Shown piece after piece: positions 25,639 through 36,750 of a DNA stretch of 48,103 nucleotides (position 1 is the first letter of the stretch; each line of letters starts with the position of its first letter). The stretch is taken from contig JAUCBJ010001003.1 of assembly GCA_032718475.1 (NCBI GenBank), forward strand, positions 1 to 48,103, given 5' to 3'. A model generated the notes under the pieces. That model searched no databases. It was given only the letters and a program-made list of their open reading frames with translations, and was not told where the DNA came from. Source of the DNA: Nemertoderma westbladi. Taxonomy: Eukaryota > Animalia > Xenacoelomorpha. Made by a program: the position numbers and the translations under genes.

Positions 25639-26011
25639 CATGAGGAACATAGAGACCAGCAAGATTCGCCTCAGCTGACATTATAGTTCTATCAATTGCG
25701 GTGCTTAAAACATCAACTTCCGTCCTTACATAGGATGCGTTTATTAGTTTGTTGTAACGAGATCTAAGGAACTTCCCTAACGCCTGTTGTTGACGCATTC
25801 CAGTCTGGGTTAGCTGACCGAGCCCCTGAGGCCAGTATGATAAATGAGGATCATTTGCGAATGTGCTTGTGGGCGATCTGTCTCCATGTCTAAACAACAC
25901 ATTGACCATAACTAATTGTCCCTCATCAGCGGTGTCAATAGATTCACAGCGAGAAGATTGCATAAACTCGGGCGAGAGCGAGATTATAAACAGTGTCCAG
26001 TAAGGCGCCAT
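25639..26011 (-). CDS. ACP2: Acid phosphatase coding exon 1
   Basis: RHGDRSP histidine phosphatase motif, WPQGLGQLT, DRTIMSAEANLAGLY; G|GTAAGT donor; start at ATG 26011 is inferred. Confidence 0.9.
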
Positions 26012-27298
26012 TGTATTGGGGGGATCCCAGGCTGCAGGCCGGCCGTTGGCAGTTTGGGGAAACTTGGAGATAAACACAGAAATGAAATAGGCCTATTAAA
26101 TATGACAGTTGACAGTAGCCTACTCTACTGATAGGATAGGCATACCACCTACTCCTGTACTCTGCTACTGGCATACGTCAGTACGTAGTAAAATCAGAAA
26201 ATACTGTCTGTAGACTGTACTGTCTGTAGAGTAGACGATACAAAAAATACAACGGGAGTGAGAATACACTACCGAAGGGGAAATTTAACCGGGGATGGAC
26301 TGATGGATTATCACAGAGTGAAAATTGATAAATCTGTAAATGTGAAATGCAGGGGTGAGTTTTCACTGGCTGACTGGAGGGGGTTAAGGTTAAGATTCAC
26401 TAGGCTGCTAGGGAAAGGAAAATTCACCCCGGGAGTGATTATACACTAGACAATTTTAACCGGGGAGCGATTTTACATGGGGAGTGAAAATTCTCTTTCA
26501 CCTGGCACCTGGCTGTCTGGTTGGTTACAGGGTTGGAAATGGAAATGAAATGGAAAGTTTTTATTTACTTCTACTTCTACTGTTCTATAAGTAAAACAAC
26601 ACAATAAAATAAGATCATTTTTTGTAAATAAACATTCACTGACTGACTGAGTGACTGATAGAGGCCGTATCTAAATAATCAAATATTAATATACATATAG
26701 TACCGGTATACTAATATACAATACACCGAAATAAAAACAAATTGATTACTATTGGTAACTATCTATCATATCAGACTATGTTACTGGTGTTGGACTGTTG
26801 GTGTATGACAGTATGAGATAGGCAGATAGGCCTATACAATATAAAATAAGTAGGGTTGACTATTCAAATTCCGGACAAAATTTCATTTTTTTTTAATTTG
26901 GGACACTTTAAATTGCTTTAATCCTTGATATTATGTTTGCATCTGTACAAGATGCTATTGTCTGATTGTAGTTCACTATAAAACCAAATTGTTACTCACT
27001 CAGTTCAACTGTTTAGTTGTAACTGGGTGGTTTTCATTTTATAAATTGACTGTCCGGAATTTGAATTTGACTACCTGGTAAAATACCGGACATGTATATA
27101 ATTCCGGACAATGCCTATTTATTAGATGTGAGAGTTGATGTGAGGGTTGATATTAGGGCTATTTTAATAATTAAATTAAACTTTATTTCCATTAGTTTAG
27201 GTATCTGGGTGTATTACATACAGCCATATTTTACTCCTGTACTCAGTTCTGAAGTTATGCAATGCTTTATGTTTTGCATACCCACCCCAGATAGGGGG

Positions 27299-27577
27299 CC
27301 CATGTGAAGAATACCAGACTTTCTGCCGTTATATTTCACTTTGCAATTACCCCCATGTGAAGAATACCAGGTTTTCACCAAAAACACAGATTACAGGAGG
27401 GCTGAATCTAACCAAAACAATAAACGAATTAGTATATGTACAGGTTAGGCTATAAGACAGAAATAAGCGGTATAAAACACTTAATAAAGATATATTTAAA
27501 AAAATAAAAAATCTTCATATATAAAATTCCAATAAAAAGTCGACCGAAAAGTTAAATCCTGGTATTCTTCACATGGG
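27299..27577. mobile_element. MITE, fuller copy of 11871-12128, with three TIR copies
   Basis: CCCATGTGAAGAATACCAG at 27299 and 27352, inverted at 27558-27577. Confidence 0.85.
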
Positions 27578-27799
27578 CGGGATAGGGGGTGGGGGGACTT
27601 TCAACGCAATAATAATGCATCCCTCTCCATGAAATTCGACACAAATAACAGTTCGATTACTCCCATAAATAAAACTATAACCTGTTCTATTGTGTTCCAT
27701 TTATTGTTTTGGTTAGAAATACGTGTCACTATAATCTGCTCATTCGTGTCATTTGACATTTCCCTAAATTGAGAATTTAACATTGAAGCGAAATATTCA

Positions 27800-28235
27800 T
27801 TCACCAAGATGGGATTTGCGAACAGTTAGCAGTGGCACTATTGCTGCTCTAAACAATCGAACCTTAAGGTTATGTTTTATTCTATGGTCCCATAGTCTGT
27901 CCAAATCATGGACAGACTATTTAACGCTGCCCATGCCTTCCCCTTCAGCCCTTACGTATCCTTCACCTGACTTTCTGATCCACGATCCGAAGTAACAGAA
28001 GTCATACACGAGCTCAAGAAAGCCCCGTTGCGTTTGTCCGTAGAGCTTGTGCCCTTACGATCAGACATTTCTTGATGGCTGTCTAGGTTGACTGTGATTA
28101 TTTTGGTCTTCTTGGAATTTACAAAAAGACCAACACTAGACTGCTAGAAGCAACCTGATCCAATTGGCAGAGAAGCCTTTGGGTTCCCTCTAGTGATTCT
28201 GACAGTACCTCTAAGTCATCAGTGATCAAAGTCTA
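27800..28235 (-). mobile_element. Older, diverged RTE LINE fragment
   Basis: Reverse complement aligns to about 24627-25000 (GACTTCTGTTAC..TGGATC..GGCATGGGCAGC..CTTAAGGTTCGATTGTTTAGAGCAGCA). Confidence 0.8.
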
Positions 28236-28953
28236 TAGGCTATTGTACAAAGTCAGATATTAATTCCATAGTTATGTAGTTTGTACCAATGAAATTTAAA
28301 TTTGTCCGTAATTTGACCATGGTGTCCGGAATTTGATTTGTCCGGAATTTGAAGAGTTAACCCTATGTAAGACAGTAAGATATTACATAGTACTGTACTG
28401 CAGTACTGCTGTACGGTAGTAGGCCTAGATGTAAGATATTACATTATTAGGGTTACACCTTACACCGGCCTGCCGGCAGACCGGTAGGCCTATCTGAATC
28501 TGAAACTGTGCATGCAGCTCGCAGTTCATGCAGTCATTTCGCACCAACCACCAACAGCCAAGTCCATTCTGCCATTAGTCTAATACAGTATTACCGCTAC
28601 CGGTAGGCCTACTGTATTTCAGTATTTAGCAGATTACCAGATTAGTCCACACAACTGAACAACAACTGACATGACTGAACAACACCACAAACTGACAAGT
28701 TTGCGCGGTGCCGCCGCCGCGCTCTAAATTTTCTGCTTTTTTTTTTTTAATTTTATGCTCTACTTCATACTTAGCAGAATGGGTAGGCAGGTTGCAGGTA
28801 GGCCTACTGTATACAGCTATATACTGCAGTACTGATATAAAAGCGAAGCACTACAGCACTATGCCCAATGCCTGTATGCACTGAAGCACAGAACCAGGTA
28901 GCCTACTGTACCGCGGTGCCGGTACCTAAGAACGGAAGAAAGCTAGCACCCGG

Positions 28954-29115
28954 TAAGATAAGATAAGATAAGATAAGATAAGATAAGATAAGATAAGATA
29001 AGATAAGATAAGATAAGATAAGATAAGATAAGATAAGATAAGATAAGATAAGATAAGATAAGATAAGATAAGATAAGATAAGATAAGATAAGATAAGATA
29101 AGATAAGATAAGATA
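28954..29115. repeat. (TAAGA)n microsatellite, about 32 copies; probable 3' tail of the adjacent minus-strand LINE
   Basis: Perfect pentamer array about 470 bp downstream of the LINE stop codon. Confidence 0.95.
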
Positions 29116-29582
29116 TGTATATTTTTACTACTTGAAGAAATCATAACCATATTGACATGCATCATAATATAATTATATAAAACTTAAACAAAGCGATAGT
29201 ATGAATTCATCATGCAGATGGAGGCCGGACGGGTTGAACCCATTATTTCGGACACCATATTAATACTACAAAAGTTACTGTACTACACTACTGTGACTGT
29301 ACTACACTATGTAATCGTAATCATGAAAATTATTTAGTATTTTAAATGTATTTTAAATTTCAATATTTACTATTTATATATTATTATGCTAAAGTTTGGT
29401 ACCATTTAAAGGCTATTTGAAATTACGCAGACAGACATAGACAATCAAATAACATATTGCCTCATACAAACATCCCCCCCCCCCCCCCCCCCCTCTCTCA
29501 CTTCTTAAGTTCCTTTAACTCTAAACTAACTAGTTTAATTATTAATGCAGACAAATTATGAAAAATAAATGAAAATTACTTT

Positions 29583-32429
29583 TTATGTATCTAACAATAA
29601 ACCAATCATGTGGTTACGTATTCTTGTTTTGAAAATAGGTAGTGATTGAGCTTGTCGCACTTCAGTGGGAAGAGTGTTCCAAATTTTTGGAGATTGATGG
29701 TAAATTGAACTTTGGCGTATTTTTAATCTGCTCCTGGGTATGTAACAGTTATCAAGTAGATGGGCATTGCGAGTAGAATGAGAGTGAATTGAAGTTAACG
29801 GTGTCAAAAGGTTGGGGAGAATATTACTAGGGAGAATTTGTTTGATATATTTAAAGCATATCGTGCTAATTTGTATTGTATAAATCGACTTTAGTAGTAT
29901 AGGTTTAAAAATAGGATCACGTTTGTTAATGTATGCAATTATACGCTGTTGTTGTTTACTGAGTGAGAAAATTGCAGCAGAGGCAGAGTGTAATTTAACT
30001 CCGCGTAGTCGTTTTTTACGCCATTTGGTATGGGATCGCCCATTATTGTTAGGTTGAAGAAGGTCTGTGCTTGTGTTCCAGATACTATTACCCCATACTG
30101 ATGTGCAATAGGACAAATAAGGATGAATTAGTGAGTAGTAAAGATTGGTTAGCATTTTTGGTGTTGCAAACCATTTTATTCTGTTTATAATTCCGCAGTT
30201 TCTACTTATTTTACGCTTCAACATATTCAGGTGATTTTTCCAGGAAAGTGTTTCGTCGAGTAATACACCAAGAAATTTAACTTCTTCTTTTTTATCAATT
30301 GATTTCCCGTCAATATTAATAGTATTGTTATTAATGTTAATTGGTTTAGTAGATGCTCTGAAGATAATGTAATTTGTTTTATCTGTATTAAGGGATAGGC
30401 GGTTCAAGTGGAACCACCTGGAAATTTTGGATAATTCAGAATTAGCCATTTTGAAAAGGTTATCGATATCAGAATGTGAGACTATGAGATTTGTGTCATC
30501 AGCGAATATAATGTACTTTAAAATGTTAGATACATTGACTATGTCATTCACATATAGTAGGAATAGAAGAGGCCCAAGGATACTTCCCTGGGGCACACCT
30601 ATAGTAATAGTACGCAGTCCAGATTTGGTCCTATTAATTTCTACATATTGTTGACGTCCAGTGAGATAGTTATTCAGCCAATTCAGTGGGGTGTCAGTGA
30701 TACCATAGAATTTAAGTTTGTCAATTAGTATGTTATGTGGAACTGTATCAAATGCCTTAGATAGGTCAATTGATATGGCTAAACTAAATTCCTTATCATC
30801 TAAAGCCTTAGTTACGATATCCAGTAGATTCAGCAGGGCCAGTTCAGTTGACCTGCCATGACGAAATCCATATTGGTTAACTGTAAGTATTGCCTGTTTG
30901 GTTATGTATTGTAGAATTTGATTAAAAACGACCTTTTCAAACATTTTTGAAAAGAATGGTAGAACTGAAATTGGACGATAGTTTTTTGTCCAAGTAGGGT
31001 CTCCTGACTTAAAAATAGGTATTATACGACCAATTTTTATAGCATCTGGAACACAACCAGTATTTAGGGAGTTATTTATAATACTTGCTAAAGGCCTAGC
31101 TACGCTATGTATAACTGGAATAATTATTTTTCCAGCCAGTCCATCATGACCACAGCTAGCCTTTTTGTTTAGTGTCCGAGTGACATCAATAAGTTGATTG
31201 ACAGTTATTTTAGTAAATGTGGAAAAGCGCTCTGGAAATTTAGGTGGAGTCAAGTAGTCCAGAGGAGAACCATCTGCATGAGGGATATTCGCATCGAGAT
31301 TGGAACCAACTTTTACATAATAGTCATTAAACATCGTAGCTATGGTAGAGGGATCAACATATGAGCGGGAATTTTGATTAATTAATGTTGGGGAGGTATT
31401 GGTAGATTTTCTATTTATTAATAAGTTTATTGATTTCCACATATTTCTAGCATTATTCTTATTCTTATCTAAATTGTTTTGAAAATATTCTTTTTTTGCA
31501 TGTCGTATTGCACTTTTCAATGAGTTTCTATATCGCCGAAATTTTTTATTATTATCATCCGATGGATTCTTAATGTATAGGTAATAAAGATTATCCTTTC
31601 GTTTGATACAACGCTGCAATCCCTCGCTAATCCATGGTGTATTGATATTTCTTATTTTAACTTTTTTAATTGGAAATGTAGAATTGTATAATTTTATGAA
31701 AGTGTTTGTGAACAAATCATAGGCTAAGTTAGGATTTGCAGCATTAGTGTAAACATCCTCCCATTTTTCAATACGTAACAAGTTATTAAAGTTGTCTATT
31801 AGTGAGTCATTTATTTTTCGTGTTAATATGTATTTTTCCGTTCTTTGTTTCTTATTAAGTGGCAATGGGTTATCCAGTAGGAATATTGGTAAGTGATCCG
31901 TGATTGCAGTAATAAATATTCCAGATTCGGTATCTTTGGATATAGTATTACAGTATATGTTATCAATACACGAAGCTGAATTCTCAGTAATTCGAGTTGG
32001 TTTTGATATGGTTGGAAAAAAATTAAAGGAGCAAAAAAAGTTAAAAAAATCTTGTGTGTGAGCATGGCGATCCATTTTTAAAAGATCAACATTGAAGTCT
32101 CCCATAATGTAGCAAATTTTACCCTCATCCGATATTTTTTTTAATACTGGTTCAAGTTTTGTGATACTGTCTTGAATGTCTAGTCCAGGTGGGCGGTAGA
32201 CCACGCCAACAATTACGTTTTTCGATTTGGCCTGTGGGATTTCTACAAATAAAATTTGTGCATCATAGTCATTCGATCTTTTGATGTTTAGGTCCTTTCT
32301 CTGTATTGCTGACATATTTTTATCAACATAGAGACAAATTCCACCACCACTCTCTTTCGTTCTACTTTTAAAAAAAGCATCATAACCAAATATGTTAAAT
32401 TTAGTCGTATCGTGTTTGTTTTCTTTCAT
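29583..32429 (-). CDS. LINE ORF2 main frame: APE endonuclease (C-terminal part) plus reverse transcriptase
   Basis: GGGICLY, YRPP, GDFN, SCIDNI, TDHLP, NYRPIS, QYGFR, DLSKAFD, GVPQGSILGP, FADD, FLG. Confidence 0.93.
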   Translation of the reverse strand: MKENKHDTTKFNIFGYDAFFKSRTKESGGGICLYVDKNMSAIQRKDLNIKRSNDYDAQILFVEIPQAKSKNVIVGVVYRPPGLDIQDSITKLEPVLKKISDEGKICYIMGDFNVDLLKMDRHAHTQDFFNFFCSFNFFPTISKPTRITENSASCIDNIYCNTISKDTESGIFITAITDHLPIFLLDNPLPLNKKQRTEKYILTRKINDSLIDNFNNLLRIEKWEDVYTNAANPNLAYDLFTNTFIKLYNSTFPIKKVKIRNINTPWISEGLQRCIKRKDNLYYLYIKNPSDDNNKKFRRYRNSLKSAIRHAKKEYFQNNLDKNKNNARNMWKSINLLINRKSTNTSPTLINQNSRSYVDPSTIATMFNDYYVKVGSNLDANIPHADGSPLDYLTPPKFPERFSTFTKITVNQLIDVTRTLNKKASCGHDGLAGKIIIPVIHSVARPLASIINNSLNTGCVPDAIKIGRIIPIFKSGDPTWTKNYRPISVLPFFSKMFEKVVFNQILQYITKQAILTVNQYGFRHGRSTELALLNLLDIVTKALDDKEFSLAISIDLSKAFDTVPHNILIDKLKFYGITDTPLNWLNNYLTGRQQYVEINRTKSGLRTITIGVPQGSILGPLLFLLYVNDIVNVSNILKYIIFADDTNLIVSHSDIDNLFKMANSELSKISRWFHLNRLSLNTDKTNYIIFRASTKPININNNTINIDGKSIDKKEEVKFLGVLLDETLSWKNHLNMLKRKISRNCGIINRIKWFATPKMLTNLYYSLIHPYLSYCTSVWGNSIWNTSTDLLQPNNNGRSHTKWRKKRLRGVKLHSASAAIFSLSKQQQRIIAYINKRDPIFKPILLKSIYTIQISTICFKYIKQILPSNILPNLLTPLTSIHSHSTRNAHLLDNCYIPRSRLKIRQSSIYHQSPKIWNTLPTEVRQAQSLPIFKTRIRNHMIGLLLDT

Positions 32430-32985
32430 CTATCCAAGTTTCAGACAGACCTATGATATTGAACTTGTTTTTTATTTGGTCTAAGAAAGAAAGTGTTTGA
32501 TCGAAATTTGCATTTAGACTACGTGAGTTGAAATGTATTAATGAAAGTTTGTTAGGCTGTACATTATTAAATTTTGAGTTAAAATCGTCATAAAAATGAT
32601 AATTACAGTTACGAATAGCTGAAAAATCAGACTGAAGGTTTGAGTCAGGGTTAAAGTTGTTATCAAAATCCATTCCCGTCGAAGTGGTATTGTATGGTTT
32701 AAATAGCATACTATCAAGTGCTTCGATATTAAGTGCTGAAGGAATTCTATAGTCTACTAGTGTTAATTTGAATTCGTCATTATCCTGTATCCATAAAAAA
32801 GGCAGGTTGTCGGCTAGACATTCAGGACAGTACCAATTGAGATTTGATTTCTGAAAATATCTATAATCTGTTGTGTTTAGAGATGGAGTAAAGCATTTCG
32901 TGTGATACCATTGTAGGCAGATGTCACAGCAGAGAGCTGCATGGTTTTTCCCCACTGAAATGTGACAGGTCCCACATGGATATTT
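32401..32985 (-). pseudogene. LINE ORF2 N-terminus (PHD finger plus APE start), out of frame with the rest
   Basis: KYPCGTC..CCDICLQWYHTKC..WYCPEC (C4HC3), HFNSRSL, GLSETW; frameshift near 32430. Confidence 0.85.
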
Positions 32986-33592
32986 TTTGAATTTCGCATT
33001 TGATGGTAAAAATGACCGGGTGGATCCTGTAAAGTTAGGTTGTACTGCTATCAGTTTGCTTTTTTGTGCTTTTTTTTTTTACTTTTTTTTGTGCTTTTTT
33101 TACTTTTTTGTGCTTTTTTGGGCTTTTCTTGACTTTTTTGTGCTTTTTTGTGCCTTTTGTAGTAATTAGTAGGACCCGTCAGACAGTAGTACAGACACTG
33201 ACAGTCAGACAGTTGTCTGGTTGTACATTTGATGTAGGCCTACAAAAGGCCATGGTTGTACAGTTTGTTGTACTGTCTGCTGGTCTGTCTGTCTACTGGT
33301 CTACCACCTGTGACCTGACCAGCTGACCACTGCAGCAGCGCAGCAGCACCAGAGCACTGGTTGGTACCGTTGGTAACTGCAGTCAGGCAGAAGAACATCA
33401 TACAGCCATATACTGATATAGGCAGATAGGCCTACTGACTGGCTGATATAGCATTACAGCATTATAGGCCCTGATAGCCTGAGGCCTAGCAGGCCTATGC
33501 TACAGTCAGACAGTGCTATAATACAAATACAATGACAATACAGCAATAATTGTTGACAATCGAATATGGATTACAAAGGCTGAAAGGCAGTA

Positions 33593-33930
33593 ATGACAAG
33601 TAATTGGCAACAGATTCTCTCTGTTGACGCCCGCTACAACGCCTATCGCGTGCCCAATTCTCCCCATTTCCGAACTCTGTACCTCCGAAGACGCAGCCAA
33701 CTGCTCCGCGAGAACGCCAAGACCTACGCGAACACTAACTCATCTTTGCGTAGAGATTATCTCCGTCGACGAAGCGCTCTGTTAGCGCAGCGCTACGGGG
33801 CGCCTCCCGCAGCTTCTACGGAACCGAGTTTACGTACCGGTAGTCGCAGCGAGAGCATCAGGAGCAGCCGTGTTACTCTACAGAGTATGGACGGGAGTTT
33901 GGACCAAGGAGGTGATTCGACATCACGAAG
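33593..33930 (+). CDS. WDR13: WD repeat-containing protein 13, exon 1 of 2. Join 33593-33930,38035-39112 = 1416 nt, 471 aa
   Basis: WQQILSVDARYNAYR..RRRSQLLRENAK is the WDR13 N-terminus; AG|GTAGGG donor, phase 2. Confidence 0.93.
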
Positions 33931-34199
33931 GTAGGGCTTCATTTTACTTAGTTACCGGTATTTTTGTTAAATAATAATTATGTTATAGGGCCTATTACAC
34001 TGTTACAGTTAGGCAGTATTACCGGTAGTACCGTATTATATTTATCTTTCGATACCGGTCAACCGGTACTGCGATAACTGGATAATGTGGTAGGGCTACA
34101 TTCTAAACTTTTGCAAAATTTGGCTGCGTATTGGATCACCAATCACTGGTACAGTGGTAGGCCTAACCTATTTCTGTATTTGACTGGATTACCGGTACT

Positions 34200-36334
34200 C
34201 AGCCATTCCAGCGTAACGGTCGTGACATTCCGCATGGGTTTCCGGTATTAATGAGTATTCTAAGGGCACATGGAAGAATGATATTGAAAAGATATTACTA
34301 TGATATGATCCTAAGATATGGACCTTTAATAAAATCGAAACCGCACTGGAATACATGACGTTTTATTGATTGTATTCCAGTTTAAAGTTGGCGTAACGGT
34401 CGTGACTGAAATGGACAAGCTTTTTAGAGACTCCTACACAATATAAATTTCTATCGAATTTACTGTACTTATTTAGCGTTACTTATGTCAGACTAACATG
34501 TTAATAGATAGAGTTTAAAATGAAATTAACAGTATGGCAATATAATATCATTAGAGAATGTGGCAATCAATTAACCAGCGTAACGGTCGTGACATAGTTT
34601 CGTAACGGTTGTGACATTATCGATTTTCACATAAATCTGAATTTCAAAAAATGGTAAGATATTAGAGTTAGGTATTGATATCGATTTCAGGCAGGTTTTC
34701 TTGTACGCTGATTTTAATAGAAGGCTTTTTACATTCCGCAATTGAACACATCTACCATTTTTGGTGCTAAAATGAAAAGTGCAAGTAACAAGTATTTTTC
34801 AAATTAATGAAAACAACTAGACTTGTAGGAATGGTATTTATTTCCATTACTTATAGGTTTTCTGGTACGCCGATTTCAATGGAATGCTTTTTAAATTCCA
34901 CAGTTGAACACATCTACTATTTTTGGCGCTAAAATGAAAAGTGCAAGTGAACAGCATTTTTCAAATTAATGAAAACAACTAGACTTGTAGGAATGGTGTT
35001 TATTTCAATTACATACAGGTTTTCTGGTGCGCTGATTTCAATGGAAGGCTTTTTAAATTCCGCAGTTGAACACACCTACCATTTTTGGTGCTAAATTGAA
35101 AAGTGCAAGTAACCAGCATTTTTCAAATTAGTGAAAACAATAAGAATTGTAGGAATGGTATTTATTTCAATTACATACAGGTTTTCTGGTACGCCGATTT
35201 CAATGGAAGGCTTTTTAAATTCCGCAGTTGAACGCATCTACCGACCTACCATTTTTGGTGCTAAAATGAAAAGTGCAAGTAACCAGCATTTTTAAAATTA
35301 GTTGAAACAATAAGAATTGTAGGAATGGTATTTATTTCAATTACATACAGGTTTTCTGGTACGCCGATTTCAATAGAAGGCTTTTTAAATTCCGCAGTTG
35401 AACACATCTACTGACATACCATTTTTGGTGCTAAAATGAAAAGTGCAAGTAACCAGCATTTTTCAAATTAGTAAAAACAACTAGAATTGTACGAATTGTG
35501 TTTCTTTCTCTATTACATACAGTTTTTCCTGCTGTTCTGGTACGCCGATTTCAATGGAAGGCTTTTTAAATTCCGCAGTTGACTGGTTGAACATACCTAC
35601 CATTTTTGGTGCTAAAATGAAAAGTGCAAGTAAACAGCATTTTTCAAATTAGTGAAAACAACTAGACTTGTAGGAATGGTGTTTATTTCAATTACATACA
35701 GGTTTTCTGGCTGTCTGGTGCGCTGATTTCAATGGAAGGCTTTTTAAATTCCGCAGTTGAATACACCTACAATGTTCGGTGCTAAAATGAAAAGTGCAAG
35801 AGTAAATAAACATAATTTTTCAAATTTTGCAGATTATATGTAAGCAGCCATACGTTCTACTGTTCTATGTAGTATTGTAAGCTGATATTTTGGTTATTAT
35901 GTGTACTACCTGATTACAGTATAATTATAATTACATCCCACTGCAGCAGTGGTATGATATGTAAATGATGTTTGTAAATGATACAAATTCATTTATACTG
36001 TATAATAATGATTCCTAAGTTTGTGTCACAACCGTTACGGTCATTATTATTATTACTACATAGATATAAGATTCTGAAAAACATATGACATTGCCAGTTT
36101 GGTAATTATCATGCCATTTTGGTTTGTATGTAATTATGCCAAAAATATTGAATTTTTGGCATTTTTTAAATCACATTTTGCGGACGCCGTAAAAAAAATT
36201 TGGCGAGGGTTATGGAACATTTGAAAGCAGTTTTATGAAGCACAATATGTGTGCTACACACTCAATACAAAATAAATGCATTTCTAAGTACTTTCATTTT
36301 TCACCAAAAGGTTTACTTTTGCTTGGAATGGCTG
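34200..36334. mobile_element. 2.1-kb non-autonomous DNA transposon, TIR CAGCCATTCCA, TSD TACT
   Basis: 11-bp perfect TIRs; TACT at 34196-34199 and 36335-36338; CGTAACGGTYGTGAC subterminal repeats (four on the left, one inverted at about 36024). Confidence 0.8.
34680..35823. repeat. ~160-180-bp tandem repeat, about 7 copies, inside the transposon
   Basis: Recurring CCATTTTTGGTGCTAAAATGAAAAGTGCAAGTAA..GGTTTTCTGGT. Confidence 0.92.
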
Positions 36335-36338
36335 TACT

Positions 36339-36750
36339 CAGCAAAATAATGTTGACGTCATATAGGGAATCGTCATTGGGACCGACTTTATTTCTAGTGT
36401 TTATTAACGATTTGCCTTCTGAATTGACAAATGTTTGACTGCAAACTATTTGCTGATGATTTGAAAATATGTGACAGCAGTGACAATTCGGTAAATATTC
36501 AAAATGCACTTGATTCTTTAGCCCGTTAGAGCAAAGCGTCGCAACTAAATGTCATGTCCTCTTACCTTGGTACACTAACTGCGTGTCAGTACACCGTACA
36601 GTCCGTACACCCTTAATGGATCTATTCTAGAATTCAAGGATTCTTGTAAAGAAAGACCTTGGAGCTACCATGACTGCATGACAAAAAAATCTTCATTTCA
36701 GAAAATACTGCAGCCAACATTTGCAATATAGACTTAGACTTCAGCGGTTT
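36339..36750 (+). pseudogene. Degenerate CR1-type RT fragment; its upstream part lies at about 34104-34199
   Basis: SLGPTLFLVFINDLP..KLFADDLKI, ..KDLG; upstream KLLQNLAAYWI resembles KLLxKLxAYGI. Confidence 0.7.

Larger units (their letters stand above)
26851..28365. mobile_element. Non-autonomous hAT-like element carrying nested insertions
   Basis: ~29-bp imperfect TIRs TAGGGTTGACTATTCAAATTCCGGACAAA / TTTGTCCGGAATTTGAAGAGTTAACCCTA, repeated TCCGGA subterminal motifs; TSD not evident. Confidence 0.65.
28954..33160 (-). mobile_element. CR1/L2-group non-LTR retrotransposon (PHD-APE-RT), near full length
   Basis: PHD finger, APE and RT motifs, 3' UTR and microsatellite tail; 5' boundary approximate. 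Confidence 0.9.

Noticed and set aside
28926-29165. (ILSYL)n hydrophobic ORF
   Set aside because: Translation of the pentamer microsatellite.
32401-32440. Programmed frameshift or separate ORF1/ORF2 in the LINE
   Set aside because: The break falls inside the APE domain just after ETW, with no clear slippery site; a 1-nt indel (mutation or sequencing error) is simpler.
33000-33060. 2A-like peptide upstream of the LINE PHD finger
   Set aside because: The frame reads AVQPNFTGS; there is no DxExNPGP motif.
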